Shown: positions 1-10,518 of the stretch, piece after piece
How the letters are laid out: every line of letters begins with the position of its first letter
Position numbering within the stretch: the first letter of the stretch is position 1
Origin: Clostridia bacterium
GTDB lineage: Bacteria; Bacillota; DTU086
NCBI GenBank assembly: GCA_012519005.1
Contig: JAAYRB010000015.1
Location: 1-57,062 of the forward strand
Direction of reading: 5' to 3'
DNA: 57,062 bases
The notes under the pieces: model-generated
Told to the model about the DNA's origin: nothing
The model's database searches: none
Seen by the model: only the letters and a program-made list of their open reading frames with translations
Translations under genes and position numbers: made by a program

Positions 1-1125
1 ATCCTGGCGCGGGGGCAGGGAGCAAGATTGGGAGTCCTTACAAAAAACGTTGCCAAACCCGCCGTGGCCTTCGGAGGAAAATATAGAATCATTGATTTCA
101 CATTGAGCAATTGCGCCAACTCCGGCATATATACGGTGGGTGTACTCACACAATATGAGCCCCTCGTTCTTAACTCATATATCGGCATCGGTGCACCATG
201 GGATCTAGATAGGAGGGGTGGGGGTGTAACCATCCTTCCCCCCTACCTCAGTGAGAGGGGTGGGGAGTGGTATAAGGGAACTGCCAATGCAGTCTATCAA
301 AATATGAATTACATCCGGCATTTCAATCCTCAATACGTTCTGGTGCTTTCAGGGGATCATATATACAAAATGGATTACAGGAAAATGATGGATTACCACA
401 AAAACACTGGATCGGAAGCCACCATTGCCGTGATCCGGGTGCCCACAGAGGAAGCAAGCAGATTCGGAATTATGAGTACCAGAGATGATAACAGAATATA
501 CAGATTTGACGAAAAACCAGAAATCCCTATGGGCAACTCCGCTTCCATGGGAGTCTATATTTTCAATTGGGATGTACTGGAAAAGTATCTGATTGCCGAT
601 GAACTGGAAGAATCTTCAGAGCATGATTTTGGAAAAAATGTCATACCAGCCATGCTAAAAGGAGGAGTGAAGCTGTATGCTTACCCCTTTTCCGGATACT
701 GGAAAGATGTGGGCACCATTGAAAGCCTATGGGAGGCAAATATGGATTTGCTGAATGATGGCAACCCCCTAAATCTTTACGATTCAAGTTGGAGAATTTA
801 TACTATTAACCCCCTTCAACCGCCCCAATACCTCTCAAAAGATGCAAGGGTCTCAAAATCACTTTTAGGGGAGGGCACAGTGGTACACGGAACAGTAAGA
901 AACTCCATATTGTTCCCCGGTGTCCGAATAGAGAAAGGCTGTAAAGTCGCTGATACAATCATCATGAGCAACACACATGTGATGAATAATACCCAGATCC
1001 GTAGGTCAATAGTAGGAAGCTCCAGTGTGATTGGAGACAATTGTATTATAGGTAAAGAGGATTCCAAAGGAATTACTGTTGTTCCCAGCACGGAAATCGT
1101 TGAGGGAGGTAAGTTTTATGAATAG
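1..1125 (+). CDS. glgC: Glucose-1-phosphate adenylyltransferase GlgC (5' end cut by window edge)
   Basis: Frame 1 is open from base 1 ([15 protein letters not shown]...), so the glycine-rich nucleotide loop precedes the ORF-track start at 28. [18 protein letters not shown] and [11 protein letters not shown] are typical ADP-glucose pyrophosphorylase motifs. Stop TAG at 1123-1125. Confidence 0.95.
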   Translation: MLARGQGARLGVLTKNVAKPAVAFGGKYRIIDFTLSNCANSGIYTVGVLTQYEPLVLNSYIGIGAPWDLDRRGGGVTILPPYLSERGGEWYKGTANAVYQNMNYIRHFNPQYVLVLSGDHIYKMDYRKMMDYHKNTGSEATIAVIRVPTEEASRFGIMSTRDDNRIYRFDEKPEIPMGNSASMGVYIFNWDVLEKYLIADELEESSEHDFGKNVIPAMLKGGVKLYAYPFSGYWKDVGTIESLWEANMDLLNDGNPLNLYDSSWRIYTINPLQPPQYLSKDARVSKSLLGEGTVVHGTVRNSILFPGVRIEKGCKVADTIIMSNTHVMNNTQIRRSIVGSSSVIGDNCIIGKEDSKGITVVPSTEIVEGGKFYE

Positions 1126-2224
1126 CATCCTGGGTATTATAAACCTCAACGAAAAAGAGGACAGGATAAGGGAAATTACATTCAATAGACCCATCGCATC
1201 TGTACCTATTTTCGGCAGATACAGGGTGATAGATTTTGCCCTTTCCAATATGGTTAACTCTGGGTTAACCACAGTGTTTATATTTACTAGGGGTAAGTAC
1301 CGTTCCCTTCTAGACCATGTAAGAGGGGGCTTACCCTGGGATTTAGATAGAAGGAATGAGGGGTTATTTATATTCAACCCCCTTCAGGGTTTTATTTCCA
1401 ATATTAGAAGCGGTGATATGGATATAATCAGAGACTACATCGAATACATATACAACGATAAAAGTGACTATGTGGCTATTTCCCCCAGCTACATGGTGTG
1501 CAATGTAGATTACAGGGAGATATTAAACTACCACCAAGAGAAAAATGCCGACATAACGGTGGTCTATAAGAGGATCGAGGATGCAGGCAAGGAGTTTCGC
1601 GGCTGCAGCTCCATTGTGGTGGAAGAAGATAGGGCAGTTGACACTCTTTACCGAAGGGATGCTAAAAAGAACATCTTCATGGAGATTTATCTCATGAAGA
1701 AGAGTCTGTTTCTTGACATTTTGAATAAAAGAATACTCGGTGCAGATCATGATCTGTTTATGGATACAGTAATGAAGTTAAAATCAAATCTCAAAATATT
1801 TGCATTTGAGTACAAGGGATACCTCTCCTGTATAAATTCAATGGATGCATATTATAAATGCAATATGGAACTACTGGATGAGGAAAAAATGAACAGCTTA
1901 TTTTTGCCCCACTGGCCAATATTTACAAAAGCAAAGGATGAGCCGCCAACCATGTACAAGGAGTATGCAAGAGTGTATAACTCGAGGGTTTCCGGGGGCA
2001 CCATTATCAATGGATTTGTGGGTGATTCGATTCTATTCAGGAAAGTTAGGATCCATCAAGGTGCCTGCGTCAAGAAATCCATTTTGATGCAGAATTCAAA
2101 AGTGCATGATAATGCAGTTGTAGAGCATACAATATTAGATAAAAATGTCACTATAACTGAGGGAAAGACAATCAAAGGCACCCCCGGCAAGCCTGTTGTA
2201 GTCGAAAAGGGGCAAATTATTTAA
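1118..2224 (+). CDS. glgD: Glucose-1-phosphate adenylyltransferase regulatory subunit GlgD
   Basis: GlgC paralog ([18 protein letters not shown]) directly after glgC, as in Firmicute glgCD pairs. ATG 1118 lies 8 nt after a GGAGG SD and overlaps the glgC stop. The ORF-track start at 1079 has no SD. Confidence 0.9.
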   Translation: MNSILGIINLNEKEDRIREITFNRPIASVPIFGRYRVIDFALSNMVNSGLTTVFIFTRGKYRSLLDHVRGGLPWDLDRRNEGLFIFNPLQGFISNIRSGDMDIIRDYIEYIYNDKSDYVAISPSYMVCNVDYREILNYHQEKNADITVVYKRIEDAGKEFRGCSSIVVEEDRAVDTLYRRDAKKNIFMEIYLMKKSLFLDILNKRILGADHDLFMDTVMKLKSNLKIFAFEYKGYLSCINSMDAYYKCNMELLDEEKMNSLFLPHWPIFTKAKDEPPTMYKEYARVYNSRVSGGTIINGFVGDSILFRKVRIHQGACVKKSILMQNSKVHDNAVVEHTILDKNVTITEGKTIKGTPGKPVVVEKGQII

Positions 2225-2241
2225 GGCAGGTGACTAGAAAG

Positions 2242-3681
2242 ATGATAAAAGTTTTATTTGCGGCATCGGAGGCAGTACCATTTATAAAAAGTGGGGGTTT
2301 GGGGGATGTCATTTATTCCCTGGTAAAGGAATTGAGGGGCATCGGGATTGATGCTAGAATTATGATCCCCAACTACTCTGATATTTCCTTTGAATACTCC
2401 AATAAAATGGATAAAATCGAGGCTTTTAATGTAAACGTAGGATGGAGGCGGCAGTACTGCGGCATCAAATACCTAGAGCATGGCGGGATACCCTGTTATT
2501 TTGTGGATAATGAGTATTATTTTAATAGAGGCGGCCTATATGGCTACTTTGATGAAGCCGAGAGATTTAGTTTTTTTTCTAGGGGAGTTATAGAATCTTT
2601 AGAAAAAATAGACTTCATTCCCGATATAATTCACCTCCATGACTGGCATACAGGAATGATCCCTCCCATTTTAGAGAAGGATTACCCCCAGTACAATCAT
2701 ATCAAGACTGTTTTTACAATCCATAACCTATATTACCAAGGAGTTTTCCCAAGGGAGATACTGGGGGATATCCTGGGTTTGGAGGAAAAATTGTATTCCA
2801 ATGGGGATGTGGAGTTCTATGGCGGTGTAAGTTTTATGAAAGCAGGTATTAAGTTTTCCGACATTATAACTACGGTAAGCAGGACATATGCCGACGAAAT
2901 AAAAACCCCGGAATATGGAGAGAAATTAGATGGCGTTTTGAGATCCAGGAGCAGCGTGCTGTATGGCATTGAAAACGGTATAGACTACAATCTCTACAAT
3001 CCGAAAACGGATGATTTAATATTTGAAAAATACAACAAGGAAAGTATCCATAAAAAAATTAAAAACAAAACGGAGCTGCAAAAACAGTTGGGCCTTCCTA
3101 TCGAAGAAAATATACCTTTGATAGGTATGGTAACAAGGCTGGTTAAACAAAAAGGCATCGACTTGATACTAACTAAATGGAATGATGGCTATGAAATTGA
3201 GGGGCAGCTGGTTGTTTTAGGTATGGGAGAACAGTACTATGAAGAAATGCTTTACTCCCTACGCGACAGACACCCGGATAAAATATCCGTGAGTATCCAA
3301 TTCGATGATGAGCTCGCCCATAAAATTTACGCTGCCTCCGATTTATTTTTAATGCCCTCCCTATTCGAACCCTGCGGTCTTGGGCAAATGATTGCATTAA
3401 GATATGGTACCCTACCCCTTGTGCGCCGGACTGGGGGACTGAATGATACCATAACCCCTGTAAATGAATATACAGGGGAAGGAAATGGTTTTGTATTCAA
3501 TCACTATAACCCCAAGGAAATGACAGATATGATAGATTACGCCCTAAACATATACAAAAATGAGGAACTCTGGAGGAGAATTATGCTGAATGCCCTCAAC
3601 TCCGACAACAGCTGGAAGAAATCTTCCGAGGAATATGAAAAATTGTACAAAAAACTCATGGGGAGGGCAGAATGCACCTAA
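2242..3681 (+). CDS. glgA: Glycogen synthase (ADP-glucose type) GlgA
   Basis: N-terminal KSGGLGDV motif (IKSGGLGDVIYSL) and GT5 architecture. ATG 2242 lies 8 nt after AGGTGA. GTG 2230 from the ORF track is a weaker alternative. Confidence 0.93.
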   Translation: MIKVLFAASEAVPFIKSGGLGDVIYSLVKELRGIGIDARIMIPNYSDISFEYSNKMDKIEAFNVNVGWRRQYCGIKYLEHGGIPCYFVDNEYYFNRGGLYGYFDEAERFSFFSRGVIESLEKIDFIPDIIHLHDWHTGMIPPILEKDYPQYNHIKTVFTIHNLYYQGVFPREILGDILGLEEKLYSNGDVEFYGGVSFMKAGIKFSDIITTVSRTYADEIKTPEYGEKLDGVLRSRSSVLYGIENGIDYNLYNPKTDDLIFEKYNKESIHKKIKNKTELQKQLGLPIEENIPLIGMVTRLVKQKGIDLILTKWNDGYEIEGQLVVLGMGEQYYEEMLYSLRDRHPDKISVSIQFDDELAHKIYAASDLFLMPSLFEPCGLGQMIALRYGTLPLVRRTGGLNDTITPVNEYTGEGNGFVFNHYNPKEMTDMIDYALNIYKNEELWRRIMLNALNSDNSWKKSSEEYEKLYKKLMGRAECT

Positions 3682-6080
3682 CAAAAGAAAATTTCAAACG
3701 GGACTTTAAGGAGCGGTTGGAAATATCCCTTGGAACACAATTCTGCGACGCCGCAGACACAGACATATATTTAGCCCTTGGTGGGCTGGTAAGAAAATAT
3801 ATCACAAGTAATTGGATGAATACCAATGAGCGGTACCGGAAGTCCGATATCAAACAAGTTTATTATTTCTCTATGGAGTTTTTGTTGGGTAGGCAGTTAG
3901 AAAGCAATCTGATAAACTTAGGTATTTTGGATATCTGCAAAGAGGGCCTAGCGGATTTGGATATAGATTTTGACACAATCAAAGAAGTAGAAAAAGACCC
4001 CGGTCTTGGTGTAGGTGGTTTGGGCAGACTTGCAGCCTGCTTTTTGGATTCAATGGCATCCCTAGAAATGCCAGGTCACGGCTTTGGGATAAGATACAAA
4101 CACGGATGCTTCCAACAAAAAATATTAGACGGTTATCAAATAGAGATGCCAGATGATTGGCTCAGTACAGGCTTTGTATGGGAGGTTAAGGAGCCGGGTG
4201 ATGCCCTAGAGATACGTTTCGGGGGCAAAATTACCGAGGAATGGACAAAGGAAGGCCTGAAAATCCATCACGAGGGATACGAAAGTATATTAGCGGTTCC
4301 CTACGATATACCTATAGTGGGTTACAACAACAATACCGTAAATACATTGAGACTCTGGGGCGCTAAATCAATGCAAAAGGAATTTGATTTTGCATTATTT
4401 GATAGGGATCGCCATATGGAGATGGCAAATAAAAACGATGGGGCAGAAACCATAAGTCAAACAATCTACCCTGATATAAGCGATAAACAAGGTAGGCTTC
4501 TGAGATTGAAACAGCAATACTTTTTATCTTCTGCCGGGATTCAAAGCATAGTTAAATCCTTTAAGGAAAAGGACATCAAAATAAACTGCCTCGATAAATA
4601 TATAGCCATCCAAATCAACGACACCCACCCCGCCCTAGTTATCCCGGAACTCATGAGAATATTGGTTGACATAGAAGGCTTGGATTGGGACGATGCCTGG
4701 GGTATAACCACTGGATGCGTGGCCTATACCAATCACACCATCATGCCGGAAGGACTTGAAAAATGGCCAATACATGTTTTCAAGGGACTTCTACCGAGGA
4801 TTTATAGGATTGTTGAGGAAATTAATGAACGTTTTTGTAGGAATCTTTGGGGAAGATATACAGGTGATTGGGATAAGATCAGCAGGATGGCAATAATAGC
4901 AGACGGTTATGTTAATATGGCACATCTTGCAGTGGTGGGTTCAAAAAGTGTGAATGGTGTATCAAAAATCCACAGCGAAATCTTGAAAAAACAAGTTATG
5001 CTTGATTTTTACAATCATTCCCCACTTAAATTCAACAATAAGACTAATGGAATTACCCACAGAAGATGGTTGTTGAAGGCAAATCCTAAATTATCTCACC
5101 TGATTACAGATAGCATAGGGCCTGGATGGAAAAGTAACCCAATGGATTTAGTTCAGCTGAAAAAATACAAGCAGGATCAAGCCTTTTTAGAGGAATTGGA
5201 TAAAATTAAATTGGATAACAAGAGAAGACTGGCGAAAGACATCCAGGACAACCAAAATATAAACGTGGATCCCCAATCCATATTTGATATACATGTCAAG
5301 AGAATACATGCCTATAAAAGACAACTGTTAAATATAATGAATGTAATTAATTTATATAACCATCTAAAGGAAAGAGAAATAGATATCATGCCCAGGACCT
5401 TTATTTTTGGTGGAAAGGCCGCCCCGGGATATACCCTTGCAAAACAAATTGTAAAGCTTATAAATTCCGTTGCTGATAAAATCAACAAAGACAAAACCAC
5501 TAGGGAAATTTTGAAAGTGGTGTTTATTGAAAACTACAGAGTGTCCAATGCGGAAATAATAATTCCTGCCGCCGATGTAAGTCAGCAAATATCTACAACC
5601 ACCAAAGAGGCCTCCGGTACAGGCAATATGAAATTTATGATGAACGGCGCCATCACCATTGGAACCATGGACGGTGCCAATGTGGAATTAGCCGAAGCAG
5701 TGGGGGAAGAAAATATGATTATATTCGGCCTGACAAAGGAAGAGGTGATGGATTATTATACCAATGGCGGTTATGATTCCATGGAAGTATACAACAAGGA
5801 CAAAGAGATCAAGAAAATCATCACCCAAATGAGGGATGGTACCCTCTCCCCTAATTATGGTGAATTTGATGCCATTATATATTCTCTTTTGGAGGAGAAT
5901 GATCAGTTTTTCGTCCTAAAGGATTTCCATTCTTACACAGCTGCACAGAATCGGATAAATAACCTTTTTAAAGATAAGGACTCCAAGTTAAGGATGGCTC
6001 TACAAAACATTGCAGCCTCCGGAATTTTTTCCAGCGACAGAACCATTGGAGAATACGCAGAAGGTATATGGGGGCTCTAA
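3672..6080 (+). CDS. glgP: Alpha-glucan (glycogen) phosphorylase GlgP
   Basis: An 802-aa ORF with the pyridoxal-phosphate lysine motif EASGTGNMKFMMNGA. SD GGGAGGG precedes ATG 3672. It overlaps the glgA 3' end by 10 nt. Confidence 0.95.
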   Translation: MHLTKENFKRDFKERLEISLGTQFCDAADTDIYLALGGLVRKYITSNWMNTNERYRKSDIKQVYYFSMEFLLGRQLESNLINLGILDICKEGLADLDIDFDTIKEVEKDPGLGVGGLGRLAACFLDSMASLEMPGHGFGIRYKHGCFQQKILDGYQIEMPDDWLSTGFVWEVKEPGDALEIRFGGKITEEWTKEGLKIHHEGYESILAVPYDIPIVGYNNNTVNTLRLWGAKSMQKEFDFALFDRDRHMEMANKNDGAETISQTIYPDISDKQGRLLRLKQQYFLSSAGIQSIVKSFKEKDIKINCLDKYIAIQINDTHPALVIPELMRILVDIEGLDWDDAWGITTGCVAYTNHTIMPEGLEKWPIHVFKGLLPRIYRIVEEINERFCRNLWGRYTGDWDKISRMAIIADGYVNMAHLAVVGSKSVNGVSKIHSEILKKQVMLDFYNHSPLKFNNKTNGITHRRWLLKANPKLSHLITDSIGPGWKSNPMDLVQLKKYKQDQAFLEELDKIKLDNKRRLAKDIQDNQNINVDPQSIFDIHVKRIHAYKRQLLNIMNVINLYNHLKEREIDIMPRTFIFGGKAAPGYTLAKQIVKLINSVADKINKDKTTREILKVVFIENYRVSNAEIIIPAADVSQQISTTTKEASGTGNMKFMMNGAITIGTMDGANVELAEAVGEENMIIFGLTKEEVMDYYTNGGYDSMEVYNKDKEIKKIITQMRDGTLSPNYGEFDAIIYSLLEENDQFFVLKDFHSYTAAQNRINNLFKDKDSKLRMALQNIAASGIFSSDRTIGEYAEGIWGL

Positions 6081-6195
6081 ACGGGAATCACACAGCCTTA
6101 TATCCACCCAATATATCCGAAGCCAACTACCTTTGTATGAAAATCATTAAATTCCAATACCTTCCTGGTGGGCATAATATTATTAAGGAGTATTA

Positions 6196-6240
6196 AGAAA
6201 AGGGGTATGCCTCTTATTTAAGCGGCTTACCCCTCTTTTA
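6196..6240. terminator. Bidirectional rho-independent terminator between convergent glgP and ppdK
   Basis: Hairpin GGGGTA-t-GCC / GGC-t-TACCCC (6202-6233), flanked by an A-run upstream and TCTTTT downstream, so it has a U-tract on either strand. Confidence 0.7.
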
Positions 6241-6261
6241 AACTAAAAACCTTATGATTTA

Positions 6262-8910
6262 CTAACTATGCTTTATCGCCGCCTGGGCACAGCATAATCT
6301 GGAAACAGGGACCCTGTAAGGCGATACACTAACATAGTCGAGTCCTACTATATGGCAGAATTCTATGGAGTTGGGTTCGCCACCATGTTCCCCGCAAATA
6401 CCAAATTCAAATTCTGGATCCAGGGAACGGGCTTTCTCTATGGCTATTCTCATCAACTCTCCCACCACTTCCCTATCGATCACAACAAAGGGGTCATGTT
6501 CCAAGATACCCTCTTCCACATAGACGTGTAAGAACTTGCCCTGGGCATCGTCCCTGCTGACTCCCAAGCCCATCTGAGTAAGATCATTTGTACCAAAGGA
6601 GAAAAAGTCCGACTCCGTGGCTATTTGGTCCGCCGCGTAGCAGGCCCTGGGCACCTCAAGCATAACACCCACTTTGAAAGGGAAATCTGTTCCCATTTCC
6701 TTTTTTACTTCCCCGGCCACTTCAAAGGCTTGTTTCCTTAATTTCTTCTGTTCATTCACATGAATTACCAGGGGCATCTCAATTTCCGGGAAAACCTCAT
6801 ACCCTTCCTTTACAAGTTTTGCCGTGGCCTCAAATATTGCCCTCAGCTGCATTGCGTAAATTTCCGGGTAGTGAATACCTAAACGACAACCCCTATGCCC
6901 CAGCATTGGATTCAGTTCGGCAAGGCTGCGTACTGAGCGGAGCAGGATCTCCCTTTCCTCAAGGCGGCTTGGATCCTTCCCTGTACAGCGCAGTTCTGTA
7001 ACTTCCTCCGTGAGCTCCTCTATGTCAGGTAGAAATTCGTGGAGAGGAGGATCCAGCAAACGTATAGTGACTGGTTTACCCGGCATCTCTTTTAGGATAT
7101 TATAAAAGTCATCTCTCTGGTAGGGCATAATCTTGGCTAGGGCAGCTTCCCTCTGTTCAGTTGTGTCAGACAATATCATTTCCTGCATGGCCGCAAGCCT
7201 ACCGCCCTCCATGAACATATGCTCTGTTCTCACAAGACCAATACCTACGGCCCCAAATTCCAGAGCCCTCTTGGCATCGGTGGGATTATCGGCATTGGCA
7301 CGCACCACTACCCTGGCAAATTCATCCGCCCAGCCCAACAATGTATCAAAATCATCACTAAGTTCTGGATCTATCATGGGGGTTTCTCCGCCATACAAAT
7401 AGCCCGTCCCGCCATCTATGGAAATCATATCACCTTTTGAAAACTCTTTATCACCGACATAAAACTTTTGATTAGTGTAATCAATCTTTAACGCATCGCA
7501 ACCCACAACAGCGGGCTTGCCCATTCCCCGGGCTACCACTGCGGCATGGGAGGTCATTCCACCACGGCTGGTCAATATCCCTTGAGCGGCCACCATCCCA
7601 TGAATATCATCTGGGGTTGTTTCAGTCCGTACCAAAATGACCTCGGCGTTTTCTGTTTCAACCAGTTGTTCAGCCTCATCGGCATCAAAGATTATCATTC
7701 CCTTAGCCGCCCCCGGTGAAGCCTGTAAACCTCTTGCCACCGGCTCAAGATCAGCCTCTGGATCAATCCTACTGTGCATAATATTTTCCAGCTGCTGGGG
7801 CTCGATCCGTTGTACAGCCTCTGCCTTGCTAATTAAATCTTCCTTGACCATATCCACTGCTATTTTTACAGCCGCACTGGCCGTTCTTTTTCCTGAACGT
7901 GTTTGTAATATGTATAACTTATTCTTTTCAATTGTAAATTCTATATCCTGCATATCCCGATAATGCTTTTCCAGCATTTCGCAGATTTCAAAAAACTCAT
8001 CATATATTTTAGGCATCTGATCTTTAAGATTTTCAATTGAAAGAGGTGTCCTAATACCAGCAACAACATCTTCCCCTTGGGCGTTGATGAGATATTCCCC
8101 GTAGAGTTTGTTTTCCCCGGTGGATGGATTTCTGGTGAAAGCCACCCCGGAACCACAATCATCACCCATGTTACCAAATACCATGGCCTGAACGTTTACG
8201 GCCGTCCCTAGATCATCCTGTATATTATTGATTTTTCTATAAACCTTTGCCCGATCATTGTTCCAGGAATCAAAAACTGCTTGCACAGCCATCTTAAGCT
8301 GTTCTTCAGGATCCTGGGGAAATTCAATACCTGCCTGGGACAGTATAATGCTCTTGAATTCCTCGATAATCTCATCAAACATCTTGGGCGTTAATTGCTG
8401 ATCACTCTCAAGTTTGTTTTCTGTTTTAATCCTATCTAACACATCTTCAAAGTCCTGCCCATCAATGTCTAGAACAACATTCCCAAACATTTGAATAAAC
8501 CTTCTATAGCTGTCCTTTACAAACCATTCATCACCAACAACATCTATAAGGCCCTTCATGTTTTTGTCATTGAGGCCTAAATTTAATATGGTATCCATCA
8601 TCCCGGGCATAGATACGGGGGCACCGGATCTAACAGAGACAAGAAGCGGGTTATTCTCATCACCAAAATTTTTACCCATTTCTTGCTCCACGACTTGAAG
8701 TTTTTCTTTCAACTGCTCCTCCATACCCCTGGGGAATTCCCCATCCGCTGCGAGGTATTCATTGCAGCATTCGGTGGTAATTATTAACCCTGTTGGCACA
8801 GGCAATCCAATATTGGTCATTTCCGCCAGGTTGGCACCCTTGCCACCAAGGATGGATTTCATCTCTTTTTTACCTTCCTTGAACAGATAGACATAATTTT
8901 TATTTGCCAT
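6262..8910 (-). CDS. ppdK: Pyruvate, phosphate dikinase
   Basis: Phosphohistidine motif GGMTSHAAVVARGMG, an ATP-grasp N-domain, and a PEP-utilising C-domain (FFSFGTNDLTQ). ATG 8910 follows SD AAGGGGGAG. The 17-codon extension to 8961 in the ORF track lacks an SD. Confidence 0.95.
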   Translation of the reverse strand: MANKNYVYLFKEGKKEMKSILGGKGANLAEMTNIGLPVPTGLIITTECCNEYLAADGEFPRGMEEQLKEKLQVVEQEMGKNFGDENNPLLVSVRSGAPVSMPGMMDTILNLGLNDKNMKGLIDVVGDEWFVKDSYRRFIQMFGNVVLDIDGQDFEDVLDRIKTENKLESDQQLTPKMFDEIIEEFKSIILSQAGIEFPQDPEEQLKMAVQAVFDSWNNDRAKVYRKINNIQDDLGTAVNVQAMVFGNMGDDCGSGVAFTRNPSTGENKLYGEYLINAQGEDVVAGIRTPLSIENLKDQMPKIYDEFFEICEMLEKHYRDMQDIEFTIEKNKLYILQTRSGKRTASAAVKIAVDMVKEDLISKAEAVQRIEPQQLENIMHSRIDPEADLEPVARGLQASPGAAKGMIIFDADEAEQLVETENAEVILVRTETTPDDIHGMVAAQGILTSRGGMTSHAAVVARGMGKPAVVGCDALKIDYTNQKFYVGDKEFSKGDMISIDGGTGYLYGGETPMIDPELSDDFDTLLGWADEFARVVVRANADNPTDAKRALEFGAVGIGLVRTEHMFMEGGRLAAMQEMILSDTTEQREAALAKIMPYQRDDFYNILKEMPGKPVTIRLLDPPLHEFLPDIEELTEEVTELRCTGKDPSRLEEREILLRSVRSLAELNPMLGHRGCRLGIHYPEIYAMQLRAIFEATAKLVKEGYEVFPEIEMPLVIHVNEQKKLRKQAFEVAGEVKKEMGTDFPFKVGVMLEVPRACYAADQIATESDFFSFGTNDLTQMGLGVSRDDAQGKFLHVYVEEGILEHDPFVVIDREVVGELMRIAIEKARSLDPEFEFGICGEHGGEPNSIEFCHIVGLDYVSVSPYRVPVSRLCCAQAAIKHS

Positions 8911-9712
8911 GTCGCTCCCCCTTATAATAGTATTCCAGTACTTTTGAGGCAGTCTCTTCAACTGCCCTATTGGTCACATCAATAATTGGACAGCCTATTT
9001 TTTTCATAACAGCCTCCGCATATTCCAATTCTTTCAGTATCCTTTGGTGGCTTGCATAGTCTGCACCGGGCATAAGCCCCAGTGTTACTAGTCTTGCCTG
9101 TCTGATTTCATACAGTCTTCGCAAACTGATTGTAAGACCCATAACTCTATGCTTTGGCAGCTCAAATAATTCCCCCGGGGGTGAAACCTCCGGTATCAAA
9201 GGAATATTAGCTGCTTTTATACGTTTGTTGGCTAAATACATACAAACCGGAGTTTTTGAAGTTCTAGAAACACCAACAAGCACTATTTCAGAAAATTTGA
9301 TACCCTGGGGGTCCTTTCCATCATCGTATTTTACTGCAAACTCCACGGCTTCAACTTTTCTGTGGTATTGTTCATCCATTTTTCTAAGAAGCCCTGGTTT
9401 TTTCTTAGGATTTGTTTTAGTTATTTTGCTGATTACATCTAAAGCCTGGCCCAAAACATTTACAGCGGGAACATTATATTTTTTTGCCAAGTACAGTAGG
9501 TGGTCTTCCAGCTCCTTCATCACAATGGTATAAACGATGACACTGGGGCCCCTACCAGCTTCCCTTATTACCTGCTCAAGATATTCATCCTTACTCACAA
9601 AGGGTATCCTTCTGATCTCAACCTGCTGGCCATCAAACTGACTTGCCGCCGCCCTCCCTACAAGTTCCGCTGTTTCCCCCAAAGAGTCAGAAATAGCATA
9701 TATTGTGGCCAT
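8900..9712 (-). CDS. Pyruvate phosphate dikinase regulatory protein (bifunctional kinase/pyrophosphorylase, DUF299; YqfL-like)
   Basis: P-loop GVSRTSKTP and overall DUF299 layout. The 3' end overlaps the ppdK start by 11 nt, suggesting translational coupling. Confidence 0.9.
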   Translation of the reverse strand: MATIYAISDSLGETAELVGRAAASQFDGQQVEIRRIPFVSKDEYLEQVIREAGRGPSVIVYTIVMKELEDHLLYLAKKYNVPAVNVLGQALDVISKITKTNPKKKPGLLRKMDEQYHRKVEAVEFAVKYDDGKDPQGIKFSEIVLVGVSRTSKTPVCMYLANKRIKAANIPLIPEVSPPGELFELPKHRVMGLTISLRRLYEIRQARLVTLGLMPGADYASHQRILKELEYAEAVMKKIGCPIIDVTNRAVEETASKVLEYYYKGERHGK

Positions 9713-9723
9713 TTCCCCTGATT

Positions 9724-10395
9724 TTATCTTTCAAACCCCCTCTGCCTTTTCCCCTCACCAAGGTCAACGATAAGTTTAGCAAGGCTTGTTTTAGTGATCT
9801 TTCCAACTACCTTCAATCTCTCTTCTCCTGATTTGGTGTAAAAATTTCTAACAACAGGAAGTACATCCACCTCATAATCAACAATCTTTTTGGCCGCCAT
9901 GAACACTGTCTCGTCACCGGAGACTGTAATTATATTAGGCATCCGGGTCATGGCCATATTGAGCGGGGTTTCCTGGGTGTTAATCCCACTAAGGGCGGCC
10001 TTCAACAGATCTTTTCTTGATACCACCCCTTGTAGGGCCCCTCCATCATTGACAATAAATAAGGTACCTACATCCTCCGTAAACATCAGCACGGCCGCAT
10101 CATAAATGGTACCGGTGTCATTAATTACAATAGGGAGGGATTTAATATCTTTTACCCTTATTTTATTCAACACACTGGATAACACATTGGACAGATTGCT
10201 GTCTTTTTTGCTACCGTTATAGCTGTAGTTTTCACTTGGCCCCACGGCTAAGATGCCCTGGATTGTTAAAATTTTGAGATCTGGATTCAAGGTTGTGGGG
10301 GTAAGTTTTAGCTCTTTTGCAATGCATTCCGCTCTAACAGGAGAATTCTTCCTTACAACCCCAACAATCTTTTCTTGAAGTTCTGTCAGCTTGAT
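9724..10395 (-). CDS. ccpN: CcpN-like transcriptional regulator (N-terminal HTH plus CBS pair)
   Basis: A CBS-pair body, with 35 additional in-frame codons upstream of the ORF-track TTG (10290). These encode IKLTELQEKIVGVVRKNSPVRAECIAKELKLTPTT, which is HTH-like. In-frame stop TAA at 10396-10398. SD AAGGAAGGTGGTGG at 10402-10415. The 5' end is therefore assigned to ATC 10395 (or CTG 10389) and remains uncertain. Confidence 0.75.
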   Translation of the reverse strand: MKLTELQEKIVGVVRKNSPVRAECIAKELKLTPTTLNPDLKILTIQGILAVGPSENYSYNGSKKDSNLSNVLSSVLNKIRVKDIKSLPIVINDTGTIYDAAVLMFTEDVGTLFIVNDGGALQGVVSRKDLLKAALSGINTQETPLNMAMTRMPNIITVSGDETVFMAAKKIVDYEVDVLPVVRNFYTKSGEERLKVVGKITKTSLAKLIVDLGEGKRQRGFER

Positions 10396-10518
10396 TTATT
10401 ACCACCACCTTCCTTTAATGTGGCGGATCTTAAAGGGTCTATCTACTACCCCTATATTATCTTATATATACTGTCTTGCTATTATTTTCCCTTTTATTTT
10501 AGAACATCTTCCACTTAT

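Noticed and set aside
8911-8961. A 17-codon N-terminal extension of ppdK in the ORF track (MKRLPQKYWNTIIRGSD).
   Set aside because: It has no SD and lies inside the PDRP coding region. ATG 8910 has a strong SD and gives the canonical PPDK N-terminus.
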